A stretch of DNA of 63,728 bases, filler included, from Reticulomyxa filosa (lineage: Eukaryota > Protista > Foraminifera): the NCBI GenBank assembly GCA_000512085.1. It is 19 parts of 19 records of this genome, joined end to end, with 100 filler letters (N's around TTAATTAATTAA, not from the genome) between each part and the next. Parts side by side here need not be neighbours in the genome. Positions count along the whole stretch, not along the records: positions 29,651 to 42,899 come from ASPP01018007.1; positions 43,000 to 45,982 come from ASPP01038415.1; positions 46,083 to 49,918 come from ASPP01024576.1; 16 more parts are not named here. One strand, 5' to 3'. The notes beneath the pieces are model-generated. The model did not search any database. It saw only the letters and a list, made by a program, of their open reading frames with translations, and was not told the DNA's origin. Positions within the stretch are counted from its first letter, which is position 1. Every line of letters starts with the position of its first letter. This document shows, piece by piece, positions 35,917 through 46,709 of this stretch. Both the position numbers and the translations under genes were made by a program.

Positions 35917-36969
35917 ATGTCAAGTTCCAGTCTGGCTTTACTAGATGAAATATTGGATTTTGTTTTTTCTAAACAAACACTTGATATCAACGACATTTCT
36001 GACGCGCAGTTGGAGTTCTATTCAAAGTACACCAGTGATCCACACTTAACGAAAGAGCAACTGGCAATAAAAGCGTCGACGCTGCGACGAAAAGCTTAAT
36101 GGTATATGATTACAGATGTATTCAATCGTTTCGTTTTTTGCAACTGAGCGCCATGGAGCATCCGAGCTATGAATCTTTGGTTCGACCAAAACTAAGTGAT
36201 GGAAACAACACTGTGCGCATTTTGGATCTTGGTTGCTGTTTTGGGACAGATTTGCGATCCTTTGTCGCTGATGGTGCAAAAGTTGATTACGTTGTCGGTG
36301 TTGACAAATTTAGTGAGTTCATTGATTTGGGACTGGAATTTTTTGGTGACAAAGAAAAAAGCATGGCTAAAAGGTTTCTGTCGTTATATATGTAATACGT
36401 ATACACGTTTATTTATTTGTTTAATAAACAGCTACGTACACTTTCAAAAAAAATGTACAAATAAAAGCCTTACTATTTTTTTTTTTTTTATGTTGTTTGT
36501 TATTGTTGTTGGCGGTGACACAAGATTCATTGTTTGTGACATATTGGACAAGAAGACATTGTTGGAGAAGATATCCAAATTGAATCCAAAAAAGCAGTTT
36601 GACGTAGTGTACATTGGATCAGTGCTCCATTTTTTTACGTATGAACAGTCGAAGCAAATAATGGAAACTGTCTTTGAGTTGCTGAATCCTAACGGAGGTA
36701 TTGTCTTCGGTCGCAATGCGGCTTTTGAAAACCGCGTTGAAAAGGACGGCCCATTGACAGAAGGCCCGAGTGGAAGATTAGTGTTGAGAAACGAACAAAA
36801 ATGGGCTCAGCTGTTGCAGGAATGCGGATACAAAGAGGTTGTTACCACGATGTTGGAGGGCCAAAAGCTGCGACAAAGAATTGGACATCGAACAGAGTGG
36901 AAAAGACGGATCGACCAAGGAGTTGGCTTTTTAATTTTCTGCGCTCAAAGATTGAGCAAAAACGACTAA
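35917..36969 (+). CDS. Class I SAM-dependent methyltransferase (AusD/Trt5-like pattern), one intron, frameshift ~36096
   Basis: YDYRCIQSFRFL, HPSY, ILDLGCCFGTDLRSFVADG, FIDLGLEFFGD, FDVVYIGSVLHFF, LLNPNGG. One missing T in gcttaatg would join the first two ORFs. Confidence 0.8.
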
Positions 36970-37517
36970 GTGTACATGAGTTGTGAACACTTTTAAAAAA
37001 AATTGTCGGCCTTATTTTTCCAGCATTATCATATAATTAATATTTGCAGAAATTTCCACAAAAAAAAAAAGTTCAAAAAAATTGAACTTTGTTTTTGTAT
37101 TTAGCATTGATATCACAAATTTTCATTGGCTTTGCAAACTTTTTTTTTGTTGCAATGCTTGGAACAAAGTTTGTCGAGAGACGACACATTTTGTAAAAAA
37201 ACTCGGACACTAATAAAAAAATAATAGGAAGATTGTTAATCAACAGGGTAATCCTCACCATGGGATCTTTCAATGAGAGTAAAAAAAAAACGTTCAACAA
37301 CAAAAAGCTACTGTACAAGAGAAGTGAGGGGAGAGAAAAACAAAACAACAAAACAAATGATAAAATTGTCCTTCCTTTCCACGAGAAGAAAAACGCAAGA
37401 GCTGTGACAGAACTTGTTTCCAAGTGAAAATAGTATACCAGCTTGATACAGTGAGTCATAAAAAAATGCGCATACTTTATATAACGAACACTGAATCAAA
37501 CAACTTTGAAATAGCAT

Positions 37518-39889
37518 TTATTGTTTTGCAGCATCTATATTTTCAGTAGTGGAGACGACAGTATTGGCAATAGTGGCAGGAGGATCAACAGGATTAACAG
37601 GGTTGATAGGGTTGGCAGGGTTTTGTCGAATGGAGGCCACCTTGGACATTTCGGCGTGATGTTCTCTATCAATGTTGGTGATTTCTTTTTCCAAAGCGGA
37701 TGTGATTTCCATGAGAAATTCCAAATCGACACCTCCTTTTTGGTTTGGTTTGTATCTGCGATAAGTGTCAGTGACGGTTCTGGACAAGGGCTCTTTTTCC
37801 TCTTCGCGATCTGACGCACGTCGTTCGTGCGTGGGATTTTTTTTCTGGGTTTGTGCCAAATGGAATCGCACGTGCTGCTTTTCAGTTCGCGCGCGGTCGT
37901 ACCCAGTCAAATCGAGTTCACTCATGAGTTCGATCTGATGCATTTCACTTCCAGCATGCGTCAATGGCGTTTGTGGTGACATCATATGTTTGGGTAAATT
38001 CATTTCGGTTTCCAGTTCCGCGTCATACTCATTGTCGGTTTCATATACATCCCCGCGAGGATTGGTGTGTTGTCTATTAAAATGGTTATCATTCTTATTA
38101 TTACTGTTATTGTTATTATTGTTATTATTACTATTATTATTATTATTATTATTCGCAGTGTCATTTAAAAGATTATTAGCAACAGCACCAGCAACATTGG
38201 GCAGATTATTGTTTGTCTCTTCGACAGGAGTGCCAAGTTTGATTTCGGTGAATCTGGCCGATGTTTCATTCTTTTCTTCGGTGACGACAGGCAGCTTGTT
38301 GGATCTCCTGGGCGGGAGCTGTGGCGTATTGATATTGAAGTCCGATTTGGAAGGGTTGTTTTGGAGCGACGGAAACGTGGGCTCGTATTCGTTGGCCGCG
38401 GCTGTCGGCGGCTTTCCGGAGGCGTCGACAATGTCGCCATCACTTCCTGTCCCGAGCGGGGTCACGGGTGCGACGGGATCGAGGATATCCACCATGAATA
38501 ACGCCGGAAAACGATTGGTGTGATGCATAGACTCATGCAATGAAAACAATCGCGATGCGAGCGATTTCATCGGCGGCGAAAATGGAAATTCGTTCGCTTT
38601 CTTCTTTTTCTCATCGTCTTCTTCCCCTTCTTCTTCGGTATGAAGATTTTCGACGGGAGGTGGGATACCGCCTGTTGTTGCATTGGCAGGCATTTTCACA
38701 TAATTGGTCCCCGTTGGACTGGTCACTCCCGTCATTCCTGCGACTTCCCGTTGCGTCGCCATGCGCGTCTTCAGTTGGTTCTTCGTATACAGCGACACCG
38801 AATACTCGTACAGTGCACGCAGCAAGATTTGGTCGTCGTACACCCATCCTGCTATCATTATTATGTCCAGCACGACGTTGTACCAAGTAAATAGTCCTTT
38901 TTTTTGTTATTGTTATTGTCATTGCAGTCCTTTACCAGAGGAAAGGGATCAATAAATTATAGAAACAATATAAATCATGTACTTATATTGTTTCTATAAT
39001 TTACTGACCCTTTCTCTTTGTCTCGTTCTGAGAGACACATACACACCTCGAACGACACCATTGATGGTAATAAAGATTTGGCCGGTCAAATTGAGAATAC
39101 AACACATCGCGTACCAGTACATTGTGAATCGAGCAAATCTTTGTGTTCCTTGTGGACTTACGTATGCATAGCGTCCTTTTTTTTTCCATTAAAAAAGGGC
39201 CCCCCACATGTACATCCCATCCTTTTTTCTTTTTTTGAAAAGAGATAGGGGTTTAAGAAGAAAAAGAAAGCAGTTTTTATTTGGTTGTTTCGTGAACCTC
39301 TCCAAACGAATAATACGTCAACCATGAACGCCAATGAGGTCCCCGTGGCTCCGTACCACAAGGCATGAGGTAAAAATGTACCATTCAAAATTAGTGCAGC
39401 GGCCATGATGGCAAAGCAGTGATGGATGTAGGTCCCCCAAGGAAATACACCTTGACGATTGACTGCCAAGAACCATAGATAGTAAAAGATAATCGACCCC
39501 GACGCTTGTCGCCATACCCAAAAATGCACAGCTTCTTTGTCCATTTTTATTAATGCTTTGTACCAAAAGTCAGGATAAAATATCAATGAAAACACTGCCG
39601 ACATCAACAAAGTAAACTCCCACAGTCCTGTCATTATGTCAACACTTACTCGTCTTTGGATTCGAAATCGCCCCTCCTCATCCAAACTCCTTGTCAGTTT
39701 CAATAATATCGTTTTAATTTGCTCTTTTCGAGTTGGGCTCACTGGCTGCTCTTCCGCTATCTTTTCGAGACTTGTTCGCCGACGGATCACTGGTGCCAAA
39801 TGTAATACCTTCCATCTCTCCAAAATCTCTACGCCAAATTGGCAGATCAGTGTCGTTATTAAACCACAATAGAGAGGATCAAACGGCAT
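37518..39889 (-). CDS. Multi-pass membrane protein (TLC/TRAM-LAG1-CLN8-like) with long disordered C-tail, 3 exons
   Basis: About 6-7 hydrophobic segments, with a YIHH motif before a TM helix. Spliced VWR|GRYAY...GVVR|GLFTWYNVVLDIIMIAGW. Asn/Glu/Pro-rich tail. Confidence 0.55.
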
Positions 39890-40309
39890 TCTGGAGGAAG
39901 CAATATCAGGACTTTTTTTGTCTTGAGTTTTGCCCAGTCGCAAAAAAGCGGTGCACTGACTAACGTGCAATCAAAACATTCAAAATCGACCACTTTCAAA
40001 TTAAATCTAAGAATACGTTATTTAATACTTATGCTTGTAATTCAACACAAATGTCTTTTCAATTGAAAAAGTTTGAATATGTTCTCTCATTAAATAAAAA
40101 TAATAGACAGCACCCAATTCAATTTTTCGTTGACTTAAAAAAAAGTTCAAAACAATTTTTATCGTCTTGCATCATCCAAAAGAAACAACAAAAGAAGCTG
40201 AAAGAATGAGCTTAAGCGTATCCATGAAAGTTATGAGCGAGTTTTTTCTTTTAGAAACCAAGTTATCTTTAGGTTATTATTCTTTGTTTTTGTTTACTGT
40301 TTGAAACAG

Positions 40310-41550
40310 TCGAAAGAAGAAGTCCAAATAATTGTTCATTATTGGATTCGAATATTAAATGTTAAATTAGGATGGGTCAAGGATTTTGAAAGACTCATTG
40401 CCAATTATGTTAGTTCATTTAATTTTTCTTTCATTTAGGTTAATCAAAATATTCAAATATTTATTTAACATAGGTATCTACAGTCTTCATGCTTGATTCG
40501 TTTCGTTCATCATCCAAACTAGTCAAAACATTCAATGAACATACCGATGTTGTATATAATGTTGATTATTCAACATTTGATGATGGTCAATTTATTTGTT
40601 CTGGATCACGTGATAAAACAGTTCGTGTATGTAATATTAAGGGCAACAAACAAATGCAATCATTTAATGGACATTCATCTTCTGTGAATTGTGTGAAATT
40701 TTCACAATATCATTATTATAATAATCGTCAAAATGTCATTTGTTCTTCGTCATTTGACAAGACAATTAGCTTTTGGGATTTCAAGCATAATAAGCAATTA
40801 CAAATATTCAATGGGCACACTGATGGTGTTTGTGGAATTGAATTTTCATCATTTAATGGTGGTAGATATTTATGTTCTGGATCATGGGATAATACAATTC
40901 GTTTATGGGACATTGAAACATCAAAAGCATTACATGTTTTCAATAGACATAAAAATTGGGTTTGGTGTATTGATATTTCACCATTGCAAAGTAATAAAAG
41001 CAACAGTAATACAATTAATAATATTGGTGTAGTTGGTGGTAATGGATATACAATTTGCTCTGGATCATTGGATAATACTATTCGAATATGGGACATTGAA
41101 ACAATCAAACAATTAAACGTATTCGAAGGACATAAATGTGAAGTGAATAGTGTAAAATATGGATCAAATGAATTAATAAATATAATATTATCTGGATCAG
41201 GTGATAAAAGTGTTCGTTTGTGGGATATTCGATCTGGTGGACAGATTCAAGCGTTCAGTGGACATGAAAACGGAGTGTTATGTGCTGAGTATTCACCATT
41301 TGTAATAAAGAATAGTATTGGTAATTCAAATGTGATATGTTCTGGATCATTGGATAATACAATTCGTTTTTGGGATATTCGATCAAATAAAAATGAATTG
41401 TATGTAATGAAAGTAGACGAAGGAATATATTGTTTTAAATTTATAGAATTGAAAAAGAAAGTAAATGACAATGAACAAATATCAAATGGTGATTGTTGTA
41501 TCAATTTATGTTATGGTTCACGTAATGGTTTAATTCGTGTTTATGGATAA
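40310..41550 (+). CDS. WD40-repeat protein of an expanded family, with N-terminal 33-aa module exon (first exon uncertain)
   Basis: Exon 40310-40408 reads SKEEVQIIVHYWIRILNVKLGWVKDFERLIANY. Intron 40409-40473. About seven GH...SGSxDxTIRxWD repeats follow. Confidence 0.92.
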
Positions 41551-42179
41551 ACACATGTTAATGAAAAGTTTATTTTATTTTCATTTTACAATTTACTGCA
41601 GCAGTGTATTGGCAATACAGACAAACAAAAAGATAATTCTTTAAGCAATTTTTAAGAAACAGGCAACTAACATTCTGGTATTTAAAAAAATCGCTTGTAA
41701 TTAGAAGAATATTTCAAATAAAGTAAACATATAAATCTTTTTTAATACAAACGCTTCTTTGAGTTTTTTGTGCATCAGTATATGTTAAACATTTAAGTTA
41801 CTCTAAGCATTCACTGAACACACAAGTATCGTAAGAAAAGAAATGACAATTATTGTGATATTAATTATTTGTTTTTTTGTTTTTTTAGATGGATTGCAGT
41901 GGGACTATATCGCTTCATCCTCAATTCACAATACTTTTTAACCTTTCTACATGTACAAACTAAGATCTTTCAGGTTAAAAGAGCAACAATTCTAAGAAAT
42001 AGAACACAGTAATCAAAAAAGAAACATAAAAACAAAAGACACAAAATCTTACAACGACCAAAAAGGTCCATGCAAAACTAATCAAAAGAAAAACAATAAG
42101 GTATTTCAATTTAAATTGCGATTTACTTGAGGAAACTTGACAATTCAAATCACCAATATGAGCTGTTTCATTGACAGGG

Positions 42180-42640
42180 ACAATACATTGATATTGGAAG
42201 CAATTCTTGGACATTTATCCACCAATTGCGACTTAATTCACTGTACCGCAAGCATTCTATCAGGAATTATTCTACAGTATCTTCATCACACCAAATACAA
42301 TCAGGAGAATATAATTTTTGGATGTTATACAAATAATCATTCAATCCAACTTTGACAGCAATCAACTGACGAATAATCTTGCGTTCACTAAATGTCAATG
42401 AATGCAGCTGGTTGGATAGGAAATATCGTGACATTGTATGTCTTGGGTTATCAATACCTTCACAAATCAAATGTCTATGTAAAGGATGGATTTAATCCAC
42501 GGTTATTCGGGAATGTCGCTGATCTATGCTGCTGGATCAATCTGGTTGCAATTGATAAGCTTTCTTGCATAAAATTTCCACCCAACAGGATTCATAACCA
42601 AATCATTGAATATATCAGGCATGTTATTGAATGATCGTTG
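42180..42640 (-). mobile_element. Degenerate 3' end of a LINE ORF2 (C-terminal Cys/His zinc-finger region)
   Basis: LTFSERKIIRQLIAVKVGLNDYLYNIQKLYSPDCIWCDEDTVE*FLIEC resembles the L.TGH..LN..L.....SP.C..C...ETV.H.L..C tail of LINE ORF2. In-frame stops are present. Confidence 0.6.
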
Positions 42641-43628
42641 TAATTTGTTCAATTGATATATGAAATATTGTAAAACAAGCACTTCGCTCAAACATGAATA
42701 CAATACGTTACAAAAAGTAACCAACAAATAACATTCAACATTTAAGCAATAATTTTAATTTAAAATTTGTTTGGAAGTGCATTATTTTATATTATTTCAA
42801 AAAGATTTCAATTTAAAATCCAAAACTTTTGTGATCATCACACAGCTTATTGCCTTGACTCACCTCTGTGCAGCTCAGAGGGAATCCAAGGGTCACTTTN
42901 NNNNNNNNNNNNNNNNNNNNNNNNNNNNNNNNNNNNNNNNNNNTTAATTAATTAANNNNNNNNNNNNNNNNNNNNNNNNNNNNNNNNNNNNNNNNNNNNA
43001 CAAAGCTTTACTACCAGCAGGAAAGTTAAAGCAAAGTAAGAGTAGAACATATACAGTTGAGAGTATAAATTGCAACGTCAGGCATTATCTGGCTAGATTT
43101 AGGTGCTGGTCAAGATGCTATTCAAAATCTCCAGCTATGGTTGAATTAGCCATAGCCTTCTTATTTGAAGAAGACTTGCTGATGTATCTTTAAGGTAGCA
43201 GTCCCTTAAATCAACCTATCATATTAGAAAAAAGAGTTGAACCTATTACGCAACCATTATTGAAATCAGATACTGCTGTAACAACTTCTAAAACACCTCC
43301 AATAAAAGAGGTGGAACCATCTCCATTAAATCCTAATGCTCAAGATGTTCCAGTTAAGCCAAATAACGGATTAAAAAATGACAATCCTGCAAATGGCAAA
43401 ATAGGACCTAATGAAATACCTCAACCAACTAATAAAGCAGATGTGATATTAAACAACGGTAAGAAATCATTAAATGAGAAGTTACCATTGTTAAGCGAGC
43501 TGGAAAATTTGGAAAATCCGCAACCTATATCGCTTTTACCTCAATAAATTTTTAAATTTATTATTTAGGAAAAATTATTATACTCTAGTTTTTACTATTA
43601 TCTCAATTTACCAAAAATAGATTTAAAA

Positions 43629-44225
43629 ATGAATTGTCCTCATTGTAAATATAACAACAGTAAAAATTATCTACAATATTGTGAAAAATGTGGAAAGATA
43701 CTTCCTATTAATACATCAAATTATTTTGATATATTTGCCATTGCTGAGAGCTTTGAGGTTGATTTGCCAGGTTTAGAAAAAAGACTTTATGCACTTCAAG
43801 CATTGAACCATCCAGATAAGTTTATTCAGGCGTCTATAAAAGAAAAGGACATTTCAACTCATAATAGTTCAATTATTAATCAGGGTTATAAAGTATTAAA
43901 AAATGTTCATAGAAGAGCTGAATATATGCTTAAACTAAATGAAATTGATATTTCTCATAACACTCCTTCAGTTCAAATGTTGGAGGAAGCGATGGAATGG
44001 CGAGAAAAATTGGGTAATCTTAAAAATGAATCTGAAATTAAAGATTTGCTAGAAGAAATCACTAAACTTGAACTACAAAAGCTAAATTTAATTAGAGAGA
44101 AGTTTGCAAAAAAGCTTTATACAGAAGCGCAAGAGGTATATATTAACATTAATTTTATAAATCGTTTTAAACAAGAAATTGAAAAACAATTAAATTCCTC
44201 GCAATCATCCCTTGACATTCAATAA
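43629..44225 (+). CDS. hscB: Fe-S assembly co-chaperone HscB (Hsc20), bacterial
   Basis: N-terminal CxxC...CxxC, NYFDIF, J-domain HPDKF, SSIINQGYKVLK...RAEYML, MEWREKL. Intronless. Confidence 0.92.
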   Translation: MNCPHCKYNNSKNYLQYCEKCGKILPINTSNYFDIFAIAESFEVDLPGLEKRLYALQALNHPDKFIQASIKEKDISTHNSSIINQGYKVLKNVHRRAEYMLKLNEIDISHNTPSVQMLEEAMEWREKLGNLKNESEIKDLLEEITKLELQKLNLIREKFAKKLYTEAQEVYININFINRFKQEIEKQLNSSQSSLDIQ

Positions 44226-44239
44226 GGCTAGTGGATAAA

Positions 44240-45955
44240 TTATAAACCTATATCCACTTTGATATTCACAATTTTTTCTAGTTCAAATTTAATATTTTTT
44301 TTAATCTCTTTAATTTTTGAATATCTTTCAGCTATTCTTTTTTGTACCTCAATATCATAATTCCCTTCCCTATCAATAGGAATATTTATTTGTATTTTTT
44401 TTATCCACACCAAGCCTTTTATTGGAGCCTTCACCCTCTTTATGTAATGGTAAAATGTTATTTAGTGCGGCTTGCATATATTCTAGGGATACTTTATCTA
44501 TAAATTCTTCTCTTAAAAATCAAGCTCCGCAATGCGTTGTAATGGAAAATGTGCCGTCTCTTAAAAATACAGTTCCGACATAAGTTCCATCGGTAGTCCA
44601 TGTTAAGCATTTACCGTCATAATCGTAAGTGTCTATATTGGCAATCATTCCTTCATTACTGGTTTGAGAAGAATAAACGGGATATTGTCCTTTGTGTTTA
44701 TTCATATAGGATTTTTTATATTTGGATTTCCCTCTTTCTATATTAAATATATCGCCTATTTTTTTACTTACACTTTTAAAGTTATTCAAATTGGTAATTT
44801 GCTTTATATTTTCTTCATAGCTTAAAATCGTATCGCTAGTAGCATTTAAAACATTTGAGAAATCAAACAATGTTATAGATTTGTTTTCATCAACAATTCT
44901 TAATTCACTTTTTTCCTTGTCGTCCCACAATTTATCTATTATCCAGTGTGATTCTACGCCATTTCTAAAAATATCAATAGGTTGCACTTTACATCTTTTA
45001 TCAGTATTCAGCTTAGAAAACCCTTTTTTGTTTCCTTGAAAAGATTTAAATAACTCCACAGCCTCTTTAAGGTCATTTTCTTCAATAGCAAATTTATTAA
45101 TATCCCTGCTTTCGCCAATCTCACTGCATATATAGGTAAAGACAGGATCTGTTTGAATTTCTACTGTGCTAGATTTTTTAGTAATTGCTAAAATATAGGT
45201 TTTTTAGAAGTGGTAAAAAATGTTTTGATAGGAAGCGATATTATAGCATCAATAAAACATTCTTCTAAAATATATTTTCTTAAATTTTTATCGTGTTGCC
45301 TATTGAAAATTCCATCAGGAAGAACAATAAAAGCTTTGCCGTTTGGTTTTAACGCTTTAACAATCCATTCCGTAAAAAGCCCTTCAACACCCATCCCATT
45401 GATTTTGTAATAGTTTTTAAGAATAGTGTTTTTTTCAATTTCTTCTTTCAAATTACTACTGCCACTTGTTACATAAGGTGGATTTGTAAGAATTAAATCA
45501 TATTCATTTTCAATAGGTTCCGATAAAGTTCCAAGTATTGAATTTGTTTTTAAGATAAAACTTTGATTCAATAGATTTGCAAATTCTTTTGTACATCCAG
45601 GATTCCCTCTTATAAGCTCACAAAAATAAATAAGCATATTAGCTTTTGCAAGAATTATAGTTTTTTGTTCATCTTTATCAAAGCCCTTGTCAAAACCTAT
45701 TATTTTAATTTTTGATTCAACCTTACCGTTTTTGATTTTAAATAATTCGTGCAAATTTTCTTTAATATACTCAAGTGGAAATTTGCCGACCCCACAAGCA
45801 GGATCACAAATTTTCATACCTTCTTTTATATCTGTTTGTGCCATATCATTTATAGCTCTAACTACACTTATTGGAGTAAAAAATTGTCCCCAGTTTTTCT
45901 TGCTAATGCTTTCTTTTAAAAAACTTTCAAATAATTTACTTGGGATTGCTAACAT
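44240..45955 (-). pseudogene. N6-adenine DNA methyltransferase fused to specificity (TRD) region (type IIG/I-like R-M), 5'-truncated and multiply frameshifted
   Basis: GQFFTP, DPACGVGKF (motif I), NPPY (motif IV), LKPNGKAFIVLPDG. TRD features YPVYSSQTSNEG and LTWTTDG, and C-terminal IEVQKRIAE. Frameshifts near 45200, 44520 and 44400. Confidence 0.85.
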
Positions 45956-46446
45956 TTAGATACATGTTATATTAGGGGAGCCNNNNNNNNNNNNNNNNNN
46001 NNNNNNNNNNNNNNNNNNNNNNNNNNTTAATTAATTAANNNNNNNNNNNNNNNNNNNNNNNNNNNNNNNNNNNNNNNNNNNNTTTTTTTCTTACAACAAC
46101 TTTTCTAAATTTTTGTTTATTGTTTTTACAAACTACTTATAAAAGTGTAAACGTATATCCAGTAAACCAGAAAAAATAATCACAATTTGCTACTCAAATT
46201 TTTGTTAGAAAAACAAAAAGTTCATATTTTAGGAATGTCTAATTTTTTTTTGTCGCAACTGTATGTAGTACTAACCATTATCAAAAATCCAAGTGAACAT
46301 CAGAACTAACTTTATTCTAGTTCACAATCACTTCAATATTCAGTTTTAAATCATTATTTTCTCGTTATTTAATAAATTTAGTAGCTAATCAACATTTTGT
46401 ATTAAATTTTGCGCAGTTCTTTTCAGCAGCAGACATTCCACATATA

Positions 46447-46709
46447 CAGTATGTTGCAAAGAAAACTGAACGCATAAAACGATATCTTATGATGATAATT
46501 GATTTTCTACATGAAAAATTAACATTTAGACCTATTTTTTTTTTTATTTTAAAAAATATCTACAAATCTTGTAGTTTTTAAATATGATATTGGTGATTTC
46601 ATCCAACAAAAAAAAAAGTTATTAAAAAAACAATAGATTTTTCATGGAGAAAATCAATTATCATCATAAGATATCGTTTTAGGAGTTCAGTTTTCTTTGC
46701 AACATACTG
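46447..46709. mobile_element. MITE, Tc1/mariner type (263 bp, 73-bp TIRs, TA target site)
   Basis: 46447-46519 is the reverse complement of 46637-46709 with 3 mismatches. The ends are TA|CAGT...ACTG|TA and the interior is non-coding. Confidence 0.88.

Noticed and set aside
36090-36100. Programmed frameshifting or stop-codon reassignment to explain broken ORFs
   Set aside because: Most breaks (36096, 14400, 29165, 45200) are indels in homopolymers and also occur in the bacterial contigs, which points to sequencing error or decay. Conserved genes end in standard stops.
21322-45982. iscR and hscB both present, suggesting one isc Fe-S operon or a transferred pathway
   Set aside because: They lie on separate contigs with very different GC content, so they come from different organisms. 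The co-occurrence is coincidental.
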